Shown here piece by piece: positions 29,656 to 39,972 of a DNA stretch of 64,000 nucleotides; the first letter of the stretch is position 1; each line of letters starts with the position of its first letter. The position numbers and the translations under genes were made by a program. The DNA is from Clostridia bacterium 41_269 (lineage in GTDB: Bacteria; Bacillota; DTU086): contig LGEZ01000005.1 of assembly GCA_001508005.1 (NCBI GenBank), positions 10,150 to 74,149 of the forward strand. Reading direction: 5' to 3'. The notes under the pieces are model-generated. The model did not search any database. It was given only the letters and a program-made list of their open reading frames with translations, and was not told the DNA's origin.

Positions 29656-30362
29656 GTATCGCAGGTATCTCTTTTTTCAGCTAAAAATTTTTCAAGGGCA
29701 TGCTTAATATACTCTTCCATTTCCAGAGAAAGAATCTCATACTCATCTATAGACTGTCCAAAGGGATCAGAAATATCAAGGATATTGGCTCCTCTGCTTA
29801 ATGAATACAGTTTTTCTCTTTCAGGGCGCGTAAACTCCGCATACTCCCGCTCCAGTTCCAGCATTTCCCTTTCTATTGTCCTAAGCCTCATTTCCAGTTC
29901 CCTATACTGCCTTCTAAGTTCTTCCATTTCCCTCCCATATTTTTTAAAAAATTCCTTTTCCTTTTCTTCAAGAATTGCTTTAACTTCTAAATACTCAGGA
30001 GAAGCACATCCAAGCTTGTCCAAAACATATTCCTTTAACGTAAACACCTTTCCCCACGCAGATGGAACCATGGCGAGTATCTGCCTTTTATGCCCTTCGG
30101 TCATGGTTAATACAAGATCTGCCTTCTCAATTAACTCAGGGGTTACCCTTTTTGCCCTGTGTCCCAAAAGGTCAATACCCTTTTTCTTCATTACCTCCAC
30201 TGCCTGTGGAGAAGCAGGACTGCCCTCGAGAGCCGCTGTTCCTGCTGAAATCACCTCAACATTACTTTCCCCAAATTCTTCGGAAAGCAGTTTTTTCGCA
30301 ATGGCTTCTGCCATACTGCTGCGGCAGGTGTTTCCGCTGCATACAAATAAAATGGTGTACAC
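29652..30362 (-). CDS. low-molecular-weight protein phosphatase (YwlE-like arginine/tyrosine phosphatase) with a C-terminal coiled-coil extension
   Basis: 236 aa. P-loop CSGNTCRS. About 90 extra C-terminal residues rich in E/R/L heptads. Confidence 0.8.
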   Translation of the reverse strand: MYTILFVCSGNTCRSSMAEAIAKKLLSEEFGESNVEVISAGTAALEGSPASPQAVEVMKKKGIDLLGHRAKRVTPELIEKADLVLTMTEGHKRQILAMVPSAWGKVFTLKEYVLDKLGCASPEYLEVKAILEEKEKEFFKKYGREMEELRRQYRELEMRLRTIEREMLELEREYAEFTRPEREKLYSLSRGANILDISDPFGQSIDEYEILSLEMEEYIKHALEKFLAEKRDTCDT

Positions 30363-30373
30363 GCCTTCACCCC

Positions 30374-30946
30374 CTATGAGGCAATCATTTTTATGCCTAT
30401 TAAAAAAAGTATCAAAGAACCAGCAAATTCAGCTTTATTACCCAACCATCCCCCAATACGGCTTCCAAAAAGAAAGCCCACAGCTGCCATCAATCCCGCA
30501 GCAGCTCCAAAAGCACCCACAGTCATGGGAAGATTAAAATTAAAGGTACCCAGCCCAAAACCTACTGTCAGGGCATCCAAACTTACACTGCCCGCAAGAG
30601 CAATAAGCCCCCAAAAGCCCCCCATTAATTTAAGCTTAATCCCTTTTTCAGAAGAATTTCCAGTATTTTTGTATATCTTTAAATACTCAACTATTCCCTG
30701 AACACCAATGAATATAAGAACAAGGGCACCCAGTATACCTGCAGCCTGACCCACAGCTTTTCCCAGAACAGTTCCCAGGGAAAGCCCCACTAAAGGCATA
30801 ATTATGTGAAAAAGACATATTACTGCTGATGCCCATAGGGCACTTTTAAGCTTTATACCCGTCACCCCTATTCCCACTGCCATGGAAAAAGCATCAGTCC
30901 CAAGGGCACAGGCTAAAAGCAGAATTGTGGGCAGATTATTCACCAA
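30374..30946 (-). CDS. mntP: manganese efflux pump MntP (DUF204/YwlD family)
   Basis: 190 aa, 6 TM, Gly-rich helices. Holds the ywlD synteny position. Confidence 0.8.
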   Translation of the reverse strand: MVNNLPTILLLACALGTDAFSMAVGIGVTGIKLKSALWASAVICLFHIIMPLVGLSLGTVLGKAVGQAAGILGALVLIFIGVQGIVEYLKIYKNTGNSSEKGIKLKLMGGFWGLIALAGSVSLDALTVGFGLGTFNFNLPMTVGAFGAAAGLMAAVGFLFGSRIGGWLGNKAEFAGSLILFLIGIKMIAS

Positions 30947-30955
30947 AAACCCCCC

Positions 30956-31696
30956 TCAAAAATTTCCCGAAAGAAACAGAATTACAGCAAAGCCTACCAA
31001 AGCTCCTTTTAAAGACATTCCAGTATTATTTCGGACTGCTTCAGGCACAAGCTCAAGAGCTACTATATAGGCCATGGCTCCTCCAGCTAAAGCCAGCATA
31101 AAAGAAATAAAGTTTTCAGACAAATTAACCAGCCAAAATCCCAAAACTGCCCCAATGGGAGTTGCCAGGCTCACAAGGGCAGCAGCAGCGGCTGTGCGCC
31201 TTTTCCCCATTCCACCCATTAAAAGGGGAGCTGCCACAGCCATTCCTTCGGGTATATTGTGAAGCCCTATGGCAAAAGCAATTACCGCTCCTAAACGAAC
31301 CTCTGCAGTATATCCCGCAGCAATGGCTATCCCCTCGGGAAAATCATGCAGTGCTATCCCAATTCCCACAAGGGTACCCAAGCGAAGAAGATGACCCGAT
31401 GCATTAAAGGAGCTGTCCAAAAAATTCATCATTGTACCCATCATGCCGTCCAAAATAAATAAAATTCCAACTCCAGTGATAAAACCCCCTAAAGAAGATA
31501 AAAGAGTCCCGTACTTCAAACTCGACGGTATAAGGTCAAAAAAAACAACTCCGCTCATTATCCCGGCAGCAAGGCCCAGAAAAAAAGCCAGGGATTTTTT
31601 TGTGCAGCTGTTTGTGAACATTACAATAACACTGCCTAAAAAAGTGGAAATTCCCGCAGCAAGACTTAGCAGCAGTATCTCAATCAAAAACCCCAC
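30956..31696 (-). CDS. ZIP-family divalent metal (zinc) transporter
   Basis: 246 aa. HDFPEGIA and HNIPEGMA motifs typical of ZupT. Confidence 0.85.
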   Translation of the reverse strand: MGFLIEILLLSLAAGISTFLGSVIVMFTNSCTKKSLAFFLGLAAGIMSGVVFFDLIPSSLKYGTLLSSLGGFITGVGILFILDGMMGTMMNFLDSSFNASGHLLRLGTLVGIGIALHDFPEGIAIAAGYTAEVRLGAVIAFAIGLHNIPEGMAVAAPLLMGGMGKRRTAAAAALVSLATPIGAVLGFWLVNLSENFISFMLALAGGAMAYIVALELVPEAVRNNTGMSLKGALVGFAVILFLSGNF

Positions 31697-31765
31697 CCCG
31701 CTCCTCTTTTCAACAAAATTTTATTCAGGAAAGGTGAAGGATAGTATCTTTGGACCCATTTCCCA

Positions 31766-32857
31766 TTACAGTTCAATTATGCGGTCCCCTGAAGCCTTTT
31801 TTATTCTGTTCATTACCGCATATCCAATTCCTTCAAAGGGAAATTCTTCCACCAGGATAATGTCCATATCTTTATCATCGCACCAATGAAGGGCATCATA
31901 AAGCTTTCTGGCCACAGTTTTGGGATCCTCTCTGCTTCCTAAAATAATTAAAAGATCAGCTTTGAAATTATTCCGTTGATAATACTGATGCGTTTCCCGG
32001 GAACAAAGTACGGCAACCTTTTTCCCCTCTTTCTGCCAATTAAGGACCAGCTCCCTGATTTTTCCCACAGCCTTTTTAATGCTGCCACGGATTATATATA
32101 GTTCACCCCGGGGAGAATAGTGCCTGTATTTCATTCCCGGAGACCGGGGAATAAATTCATTCCCATTCATATTTTCCCTTTCAGGAGACAACCTCACCTT
32201 TTTTAAAAGTTTTTCCAGCTGTTCCTTGGTAACGCCTCCAGGTCTGAGAATTGTTGGAACATCCGAAGAAAAGTCCAGAACTGTGGATTCTATCCCCACA
32301 GAAGTAGAACCGCCGTCCAAAATACCTCCAATGGCACCATACATATCTTTGAGAACATGCTTGGCAGAGGTAGGGCTGGGTTTTCCTGAAACATTGGCAC
32401 TGGGAGCAGCAATAGGACAGCCTGCCCAGCGAATCAGTTCCAGGGCAACTTTATGCCTGGGCATGCGCACAGCTACAGTATCCAACCCAGCAGTAACCCC
32501 ATAAGGAACTTCCCGGCTTTTCGGCAGAACCAAGGTCAAAGGCCCGGGCCAAAATTGCCTAATGAGCAGAGCTGCCTCAGGAGGAATTTCCTGTACCAAT
32601 TTTTTCAGCTGGCTCAAATGTGCCACATGAACTATCAATGGATTGTCTGCAGGACGTCCTTTAGCAATGAATATTTTCTGGACAGCCTCGGGATTAAAGG
32701 CATCAGCCCCAAGTCCGTAAACCGTTTCTGTGGGAAAGGCTACAGTTTTTCCGCCACGAATAAATGAAGCAGCCTCAATTATTTTATTTTTTTCAGGATG
32801 AAAAGGGTTTACCCTCCAATATCTGGTGCGCATTTTTTCCCCAGCTATAATAATCAC
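31766..32857 (-). CDS. tsaC: L-threonylcarbamoyladenylate synthase (Sua5/YwlC, TsaC with SUA5 C-terminal domain)
   Basis: About 355 aa. YRxN/GxR family motifs, VAFPTETVYGLGADA. The true start is probably at 32833. Confidence 0.9.
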   Translation of the reverse strand: MIIIAGEKMRTRYWRVNPFHPEKNKIIEAASFIRGGKTVAFPTETVYGLGADAFNPEAVQKIFIAKGRPADNPLIVHVAHLSQLKKLVQEIPPEAALLIRQFWPGPLTLVLPKSREVPYGVTAGLDTVAVRMPRHKVALELIRWAGCPIAAPSANVSGKPSPTSAKHVLKDMYGAIGGILDGGSTSVGIESTVLDFSSDVPTILRPGGVTKEQLEKLLKKVRLSPERENMNGNEFIPRSPGMKYRHYSPRGELYIIRGSIKKAVGKIRELVLNWQKEGKKVAVLCSRETHQYYQRNNFKADLLIILGSREDPKTVARKLYDALHWCDDKDMDIILVEEFPFEGIGYAVMNRIKKASGDRIIEL

Positions 32858-33007
32858 CTTCTGCTGACCAAAATCCTAATTTTTTGACCCCATATCCATC
32901 CTTCCCCAGAATAGTATACCACATATTGTTTTTTTACCTTCTAAAAATAAGAAAAGGCTCTTTTTGAGCCCACAGCCCATATCCTATGGAAGCATTGGGG
33001 TATTATT

Positions 33008-34240
33008 TTATGCCGTTTTAGGGTCTGCACCTTTCCTCCCCCCTAATATCAATCTCAAAAGGGGAGGAGTAACAACGGTGGTAACAATCGCCACAACTAC
33101 CATTGAAGTAAAGAGAGCTTCATTAATTAGCCCTTCATCAAGACCGATCTTTGCCACAATGAGTGCAACCTCACCCCGGGCAATCATTCCTGTACCCACC
33201 ACCAAAGAGCTTTTAAGATTCATTCCAGAAATCATTGCTCCTGCTCCACAGCCTATAATTTTTGTCAGCACCGCAAGAAGGGTAACGATAACCGTAAAAA
33301 GCACCATATCTCCTGTCATTCCCCTGACATCAGCAGCAACACCAATGCTTACAAAAAAGAAGGGAATGAAAAAGGAATATCCCACCTGCTCAGCACCTTC
33401 AAAAATGTTCATTCTGTGATCCGTCATGCTTATCATAAGACCGCATAAATAAGCACCCACTATTCCTGCCATTCCCATATATTCAGCAGCCACAGCATAG
33501 GCAAAGGCTGTAATAATTCCCATAGTCAAAATGGGAACGGTAACACCCATTTTGGATGCAAAGTTGAGTATTCTGGGAACGATGGTAAGACCCACTATAA
33601 TACCTAGTACAAAAAACAGCACAACTTTAACAGCTATTGCAGCTAATCCAGATACTCCTGCACCCTGTCCCATTTCAATGCCCAGAACAATACTTAGGGT
33701 GATAAGTCCCAAAATATCATCTATAACCGCTGCCCCTAAAATGGTAAAGCCCTCCCTGCTTTGAAGCCTCCCCAGCTCCCTAAGGGTCTGGACAGAAATG
33801 CTCACGCTGGTTGCCACAAGTATTGTACCCACAAAAAGAGCCCTCGCCCAGTCGTAGCCGAAAACAATGGAAATCCAGTATCCTGCAGCAAGGGGAGCAA
33901 GCACTCCAAGGACAGCAGCCAAAAAGGCACCTTTAGCACTCTTCAAAAACTCTTCTACATCGGTTTCAACCCCTGCAATAAACATGAGCAGGAGAACCCC
34001 AACTTCTGCAAGCTCCTTTAAAAGCTCCGTTTCATGAACCAGTCCCAGCACGCTGGGACCTATGATTATACCAACCAAAAGCTTTCCAAAAACCGAAGGC
34101 TGGCCGAAGCGGATGCTTAAATCCCCAGCAATCTTCACCGCCGCAAGAACTATGATTATAATAATTAAAAATTCGGTCTTCTCTACAGCCGATGGAGAAG
34201 GCTTAAAAAAATCAATAAGTTTTACGCCTGTTGTAAGCAT
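33008..34240 (-). CDS. cation:proton antiporter (CPA family Na+/H+ or K+/H+ exchanger)
   Basis: 410 aa with 11 to 13 TM segments. Typical CPA2 core motifs. Confidence 0.8.
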   Translation of the reverse strand: MLTTGVKLIDFFKPSPSAVEKTEFLIIIIIVLAAVKIAGDLSIRFGQPSVFGKLLVGIIIGPSVLGLVHETELLKELAEVGVLLLMFIAGVETDVEEFLKSAKGAFLAAVLGVLAPLAAGYWISIVFGYDWARALFVGTILVATSVSISVQTLRELGRLQSREGFTILGAAVIDDILGLITLSIVLGIEMGQGAGVSGLAAIAVKVVLFFVLGIIVGLTIVPRILNFASKMGVTVPILTMGIITAFAYAVAAEYMGMAGIVGAYLCGLMISMTDHRMNIFEGAEQVGYSFFIPFFFVSIGVAADVRGMTGDMVLFTVIVTLLAVLTKIIGCGAGAMISGMNLKSSLVVGTGMIARGEVALIVAKIGLDEGLINEALFTSMVVVAIVTTVVTPPLLRLILGGRKGADPKTA

Positions 34241-34330
34241 TAATCCCCCTCCTCTATATGACAGACAATATCTTTATACATTCTATCCTTAACATAAAAA
34301 ACCTCTTTTCAAATTTTTTTGCAGAATACT

Positions 34331-34846
34331 TTAACTAAAAATTAGACCCAGCATTCCAGAAATTATTATCAGAATTATGGGATTAACATCCAGAAACAGC
34401 GCTCCCAGGATGTTACCCAGAATCAAAAAGTAGCCAAGGGGATCGTGTACCGACTGCTTCGTAATTACTATTCCTGCATAAAGAATAAGGGCCACAACCA
34501 CAGGGCGCAGACCCGCAAATAGGTTCTGGGTATGACAGGATGCCTTATGCCCTGCCATCAGTCTTAAAAGAATTAGCATTGCTGCTGCCGAGGGAAGGCT
34601 TACCCCTATCGTCGCTACAGCTGCACCCAAAATACCCCCAATTTTATAGCCCACATAAGTAGCAGCATTTGTAGCTACAGGCCCTGGGGTCATCTGCGCA
34701 AAAGCAAAAAGGTCAATCATTTCCTTTGAAGTAAGCCACCCATGTTTATGTACCAGTTCCCTTAAAAGAATGGGGAACATGGCATTGCCGCCGCCAAAAC
34801 TGAATGCCCCAATAATTATAAAACTTAGAAAAAGCTCAAAAAGCAA
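34331..34846 (-). CDS. chrA: chromate transporter ChrA, short-chain half
   Basis: 171 aa. ChrA-family sequence, paired with the adjacent half as in B. subtilis ywrA/ywrB. Confidence 0.8.
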   Translation of the reverse strand: MLFELFLSFIIIGAFSFGGGNAMFPILLRELVHKHGWLTSKEMIDLFAFAQMTPGPVATNAATYVGYKIGGILGAAVATIGVSLPSAAAMLILLRLMAGHKASCHTQNLFAGLRPVVVALILYAGIVITKQSVHDPLGYFLILGNILGALFLDVNPIILIIISGMLGLIFS

Positions 34847-34902
34847 TTTATCACCAGCCTTTTTATTTAGGCTTAAAAATTAGTTTTTTAACTTACATTC
34901 TT

Positions 34903-35469
34903 TTACTTTTTTCTTTTTTGGATTCCTTGGAAAATAAAGAAACAGGCCCAAAATCCCCCCTGCTGTAATAACCAGGATTGGGTGGGCATCAAATAAAACC
35001 AGAACCAAAATGCTTGCCAAAGCAATGAAAAGGCCTTTTTATCTTTTACAGCTTCCTTACCCAGAGAGTAGGAGGATGCTAGAAGAAGCCCTACCACTGC
35101 AGGTCTTGCCCCTAAAAGAAACTTCTCAATACCCTCAGCATTTCCATGTTTCAAAAGATAAAACGCAAGCAGAAGAATAGCCAAAAAAGAAGGAAAAACT
35201 GTGCCTGCCGTGGCCAGAAGGGCTCCCCAATAGCCCTTAATTCTATAGCCTACGACAGTGGAAGCATTTATGGCTACTCCTCCAGGACCGCACTGGGCTA
35301 AAGCAATAATATTGAGGAATTCCTCCACACTCATCAATTTCCTTTTCTCCACAAATTCTTTCTGCATAAGGGGAATCATCACATATCCCCCGCCGATAGT
35401 GAAAATACCTATCTTTACAAAAAGTAAAAAAAATTCCCAAGAACTTATTCGCTTTTCATCACCGCCCAT
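34903..35469 (-). CDS. chrA: chromate transporter ChrA, short-chain half
   Basis: 188 aa. Second member of the two-gene ChrA pair. Confidence 0.8.
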   Translation of the reverse strand: MGGDEKRISSWEFFLLFVKIGIFTIGGGYVMIPLMQKEFVEKRKLMSVEEFLNIIALAQCGPGGVAINASTVVGYRIKGYWGALLATAGTVFPSFLAILLLAFYLLKHGNAEGIEKFLLGARPAVVGLLLASSYSLGKEAVKDKKAFSLLWQAFWFWFYLMPTQSWLLQQGGFWACFFIFQGIQKRKK

Positions 35470-35489
35470 TTCTTTAGAGCCTCCCGAAT

Positions 35490-36353
35490 TTAAAGCTTTC
35501 TGCGGCAGATCACAACCCTATCCCTGCCTCCGTAATCCTTAAGAACCTTTATTTCATTTTCAAATATTCCAGCATCATAAAAGATCTTCCTTACTTCCCG
35601 AGCCTGATTCCAGCCTATTTCCACAGCAAGAACTCCCCCAGGATGAAGGCATGCCGAACACAGTTCTGCCAGCCTGTAATAGAACTTAAGCCCATCAGGT
35701 CCGCCGTCCAAGGCTTTTATAGGCTCAAAGGAAATCTCCTTTTGAAGCTTTAAGATATCACCTGAAGGAATATAAGGGGGATTGGACACAACGAGATCAA
35801 AAAATTCCTTCGGCTGCCAAAAAAATATATCCCCCTTAATAAAAATTATTCTATCCCTTACACCGTGCTTTTCAGCATTAAGGGAAGCGTTTTCTAAAGC
35901 CTTTTCTGAAACATCCAGTGCCGTAATTCTGCTCTCAGGAAAAATTTTTGCCAGGGTTACTGCAATAATGCCGCTCCCAGTGCCCACATCCAGTATCTTT
36001 TCAAATTTTTTTTCCAAACTCATTACGGCTTCCACAAGAACCTCAGTATCTCCTCGGGGAATAAACACTCCTTCTTCCACATAAAAATTCAAGGACATGA
36101 ATTCCTGCTCATGGGTAATGTACTGCAAAGGATAACCTCTTATGCGCTCAGCAACAAAAAATTTGAATCTCTCCAGCTGCTCTTCCCCAAGAGGGTCCTT
36201 TAGGGAAGCAAGAAGCTTTCCCCTATCCACTTCCAAAACCTTTGAAAACAGGACCTCCGCCTCAAGACGGGAATTTTCCACTCCCTTTTTTTGGAGATAG
36301 GAAGCAGCCCACAGCAGTGCATCCTTAACAGATTTAAACTCCCTGGATGTCAA
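35490..36353 (-). CDS. prmC: release factor glutamine N5-methyltransferase PrmC (HemK)
   Basis: 287 aa. NPPY motif (VSNPPYIP) and SAM motif I (VGTGSG). Immediately downstream of prfA. Confidence 0.92.
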   Translation of the reverse strand: MTSREFKSVKDALLWAASYLQKKGVENSRLEAEVLFSKVLEVDRGKLLASLKDPLGEEQLERFKFFVAERIRGYPLQYITHEQEFMSLNFYVEEGVFIPRGDTEVLVEAVMSLEKKFEKILDVGTGSGIIAVTLAKIFPESRITALDVSEKALENASLNAEKHGVRDRIIFIKGDIFFWQPKEFFDLVVSNPPYIPSGDILKLQKEISFEPIKALDGGPDGLKFYYRLAELCSACLHPGGVLAVEIGWNQAREVRKIFYDAGIFENEIKVLKDYGGRDRVVICRRKL

Positions 36354-36355
36354 GC

Positions 36356-37426
36356 TCAGTGCTCCACCTCTTTCAGCTTTTCAGCCTGATCATTGGTAAT
36401 CAAAGCATCGATTATCTCATCCAGCTCTCCCTCTAAAACGGATTCAAGTTTGTGAAGCGTCAGCCCTATTCTGTGATCCGTCACCCTGCTTTGAGGGAAA
36501 TTATAAGTTCTAATTCTTTCACTTCTATCCCCGGTTCCCACCTGGCTTCTGCGTTCGTTGTCAATTTGATTTCTCTGCTCTTCTTGAAGCTTAGCTAAAA
36601 GCCGTGCCCTTAAAACTTTCATTGCTCTCTCTTTGTTTTTATGCTGGGATTTTTCATCCTGACAGGAAACCACTATACCTGTTGGAATATGGGTTATTCT
36701 TACAGCAGACTGGGTAGTGTTAACAGACTGTCCTCCCGGTCCGCTGGAGCAGAACAGGTCTATGCGGAGATCATCGGGATCAATTTCCACTTCTATTTCT
36801 TCAGCTTCAGGCAGAACCGCAACAGTAACAGTAGAAGTGTGAATTCTTCCTCCAGATTCTGTTACCGGGATCCGCTGAACTCTGTGAACACCGCTTTCAT
36901 ATTTGAGCCTGCTGTATGCACCTTTGCCCTTAACCATGAAGATAATTTCTTTAAAACCACCTACATCGCTGGGATGGGTATTCATAATTTCTATCTTCCA
37001 GTTCTTTTCTTCAGCATAACGGCTGTACATACGGAACAGATCTCCTGCAAAAAGGCTTGCTTCATCTCCCCCTGCCCCTGCTCTGATTTCCATGATCACA
37101 TTCTTCTCATCATTGGGATCCTTTGGCAGAAGGAGTATCTTTAACCTTTCTTCCAGCTCTTCTTTTTTCTGAGTTAGACTATCTATTTCATCCTCAATCA
37201 TTTTTTCGAACTCCGGATCCTGCTCTTCTTCCAAAAGTGTCTTAGCATCCTCCAATTCCTGATCAACTCTTTTATATTCACGATATACGCTGACCACTTC
37301 CTGAAGCTCCGCATGGGCTTTTGCATGCTTTTGAAATTTCTCCGGGTCAGCGATTATTTCTGGATCCGCAAGCATTTTTTCCAATTCTTCATACTTTTGA
37401 ACAATGCTGTCAAGCTTTTCAAACAT
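36356..37426 (-). CDS. prfA: peptide chain release factor 1
   Basis: 356 aa. GGQ motif (SGPGGQSVN) and PxT-family domain. Confidence 0.97.
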   Translation of the reverse strand: MFEKLDSIVQKYEELEKMLADPEIIADPEKFQKHAKAHAELQEVVSVYREYKRVDQELEDAKTLLEEEQDPEFEKMIEDEIDSLTQKKEELEERLKILLLPKDPNDEKNVIMEIRAGAGGDEASLFAGDLFRMYSRYAEEKNWKIEIMNTHPSDVGGFKEIIFMVKGKGAYSRLKYESGVHRVQRIPVTESGGRIHTSTVTVAVLPEAEEIEVEIDPDDLRIDLFCSSGPGGQSVNTTQSAVRITHIPTGIVVSCQDEKSQHKNKERAMKVLRARLLAKLQEEQRNQIDNERRSQVGTGDRSERIRTYNFPQSRVTDHRIGLTLHKLESVLEGELDEIIDALITNDQAEKLKEVEH

Positions 37427-37490
37427 ACATCTTCACCTCACCTGCCGCATATTTTATAACGGTTGTCGGGTTTAAAAGGTAATAAAAAGC

Positions 37491-38432
37491 TTATTCTGTA
37501 CCTGTAAAAACAAAGGAACTGCATGAACTCTCATGAAGACTGCTGCTCAAATGTATTTTTTTCTCAGTTGGAAGAACTTCGTTCAGCGCACGCAGAGCAA
37601 CTTCCACCTGAAGGTCATCGGGCTCCCTGGTGGTTAATTTCTGCAGCCAGAGACCCGGCAGTATTAACAGATAAACCAATTTATTGTCAGTATGCTTTGA
37701 AGCAAATTTAATTATTTCATAGGCAGCTCCCGCTATGAGGGGTAGAAGAAGAATACGGGACAATATCCTTAAAAATAAACTCTGTTTCCCAAGAAAAGAA
37801 AAGAAAAAAATGGTAAGGATCACCACCATAAGGAGAAAAGCCGTTCCGCAGCGGGGATGAAGGGTGCTGTACTTCTGAATGTTCTCTATGCGCGATAAAT
37901 CTTCCCCCACTTCATAGGCATGAATCACTTTGTGCTCCGCACCATGATACTGAAATACCCTTTTTATATCCTCCATCAGGGAAATGCCCGCTACATAACC
38001 CAAAAACACCACTATTCTAATAAATCCTTCCAGTATATTCTGGGCAATAGGAGAAAGATAGCGGGCACCATAATGCACCGCAGCAACGGGCACAACCACA
38101 AACAGCAGAACAGCAAGCCCCACCGCAACAGCAATGGTAAGCACCATTTCCAAAGTACTGAGCTTTTCTTCTTCCTCCCCATCGTCCATTGCCACATTAG
38201 CTGAAAAGGTAAGGGTTTTTATACCCAGCACCAAAGCTTCAAACAGAGCCACTATACCTCTAAAAATGGGGCGCCCTAGTATCGAAAATCTTTCCCCTAA
38301 AGGAATAAGGGGCTGGCGCTCCACGATTATTTCTCCCTTGGGATCCCTTACAGCAACGGCCATTTCCCTGGGACCCCGCATCATAACCCCTTCAATAACC
38401 GCCTGCCCGCCGTACTGAAAGTTTTTCAGCAT
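37491..38432 (-). CDS. DUF1385 (YqhQ-like) membrane-associated protein
   Basis: 313 aa. FQYGGQAVIEGVMMRG N-terminus typical of DUF1385. Confidence 0.7.
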   Translation of the reverse strand: MLKNFQYGGQAVIEGVMMRGPREMAVAVRDPKGEIIVERQPLIPLGERFSILGRPIFRGIVALFEALVLGIKTLTFSANVAMDDGEEEEKLSTLEMVLTIAVAVGLAVLLFVVVPVAAVHYGARYLSPIAQNILEGFIRIVVFLGYVAGISLMEDIKRVFQYHGAEHKVIHAYEVGEDLSRIENIQKYSTLHPRCGTAFLLMVVILTIFFFSFLGKQSLFLRILSRILLLPLIAGAAYEIIKFASKHTDNKLVYLLILPGLWLQKLTTREPDDLQVEVALRALNEVLPTEKKIHLSSSLHESSCSSFVFTGTE

Positions 38433-38595
38433 AACCTCTACATCTCCCTAATAACAATTTATTACATATCTGTGCAGGAAATTTTAAACTGCCTTAAGAG
38501 CTTAATTCTGCAGAATGCTAAACATTCCGCTATTCTAAATAAAGCTGTAATTTTTATTATACTCCATGACTTTTTAATTGACAATTACAGGGCAG

Positions 38596-38640
38596 AACGA
38601 GAAAAAAGCCACAAAAAAGGTGGAACCCCTACGTTCCACC
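38596..38640 (-). terminator. rho-independent terminator downstream of rpmE
   Basis: Minus RNA GGUGGAACGUAGGGGUUCCACC followed by UUUUUUGUGGCUUUUUU. Confidence 0.6.
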
Positions 38641-38648
38641 CTCGCTTT

Positions 38649-38864
38649 TTAATCTTCAATCCCATATTTGCGCTTAAACCTCTCAATGCGGCCGCCTTTT
38701 TCCACGTACACCTTCTTGGTTCCCACGTAAAAGGGATGACACTGGGAACAAACTTCTACTCTAATCTCTGGCTTCGTGGAACGGGTCTCAAAAGTGTTGC
38801 CGCAAGCGCAAATTACCCTACATTCTTTGTATTCAGGATGAATTCCTTTCTTCATTTTTCTCAC
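38649..38864 (-). CDS. rpmE: 50S ribosomal protein L31
   Basis: 71 aa. MKKGIHPEY..CxC...C zinc-ribbon L31 signature. Confidence 0.95.
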   Translation of the reverse strand: MRKMKKGIHPEYKECRVICACGNTFETRSTKPEIRVEVCSQCHPFYVGTKKVYVEKGGRIERFKRKYGIED

Positions 38865-38943
38865 CTCTTTCGCAACCCTTTAAATTCCTGAATTAACGAG
38901 AAGTAATTATATCATAATTTCATTAATCATTCAACGGACATAT

Positions 38944-39972
38944 CTAAGGCACTTCTTTAAAAATTAAAGCATTGATTTTTTTCTTTAAAAAATATGTTGC
39001 CGTAGCTGACAGCAGCAGTGAGATCATCAGGGTTCCCCAAAAGGCCATGGGATGCCTTTGAAAAGGCAGTTCCACATTCATTCCGTAAAAACTGGCCACC
39101 ATGGTAGGCAAAGAAAGAACAATGGTAACAGCAGTTAAAAAACGCATGACCACATTTAGATTATTTGAAATAACTGAAGCAAAGGCATCCATCATACCAC
39201 TTAAAATGTTGCTGTGAATTTCTGCCATGTGTATAGCCTGTCTGTTTTCAATTATAACATCTTCAAGGAGATCTGCATCCTCAGGATAAAAATGAAGAAT
39301 TTTCTCCTTTTTCTCTTCTCCTCCATTGCTATCCTCAAGAAACTTTAGAAGCTTTTCTAGAACTATCAAATTTGCATTTAAAGAAGTCGTAAAGTATAAA
39401 AGGCTTTTTTCCAGTTCAAGGAGTTTAATAAGTTCTTTATTTTCTGTGGAGCGCTGCAGCGCCTGTTCAATTTCGGTGGACTTCTTGTCTATCTGCCTCA
39501 GATAATACAGGTAAAGCTGTGCAACTCTGTATAGTATTTGAAGTAAAAATCTCGTTCTTTTAAAGGTAAAAAATACCCTGACTCTGTTTTCCCTGAATTG
39601 CTTCATGATTTCATTGGGTTCAAGGCAAATGGTAATGATTACATTTTCTGTAATAATTATGCCAAGCGGTACGACACCGTAGGTGGGTTTTCCCTTTTTT
39701 GCATGTTCTACGGGTATATTGATAATAAACAAAACCAAACCTTCGTCAAATTCTATATGAGGTCTTTCCCCTTCATCAAGTACATTGAGCAAAAGTTCCA
39801 TCGGTATATTGGTGTATAGGGACACATTATGCAGCTCTGTACTGGTTGGTGCCACCAGATCTATCCAGTTTCCCTTTTCACCCATCAATTCCAAGTTCAC
39901 TTCTTCTAGACTGCAACCTACAGTTCTATAAACTTTGAGCATTTCCAATACCCCCTTTATAATCCGCAACAA
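38944..39972 (-). CDS. corA: magnesium/cobalt transporter CorA
   Basis: YGMNVE (GMN) motif before two C-terminal TM helices. The true start is probably at 39942. Confidence 0.9.
   Translation of the reverse strand: MLRIIKGVLEMLKVYRTVGCSLEEVNLELMGEKGNWIDLVAPTSTELHNVSLYTNIPMELLLNVLDEGERPHIEFDEGLVLFIINIPVEHAKKGKPTYGVVPLGIIITENVIITICLEPNEIMKQFRENRVRVFFTFKRTRFLLQILYRVAQLYLYYLRQIDKKSTEIEQALQRSTENKELIKLLELEKSLLYFTTSLNANLIVLEKLLKFLEDSNGGEEKKEKILHFYPEDADLLEDVIIENRQAIHMAEIHSNILSGMMDAFASVISNNLNVVMRFLTAVTIVLSLPTMVASFYGMNVELPFQRHPMAFWGTLMISLLLSATATYFLKKKINALIFKEVP

Noticed and set aside
29545-30537. 330-aa plus-strand ORF rich in Ser/Leu
   Set aside because: It spans rpiB, the LMW-PTP and mntP on the opposite strand, with low-complexity composition. 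It is an antisense artefact.
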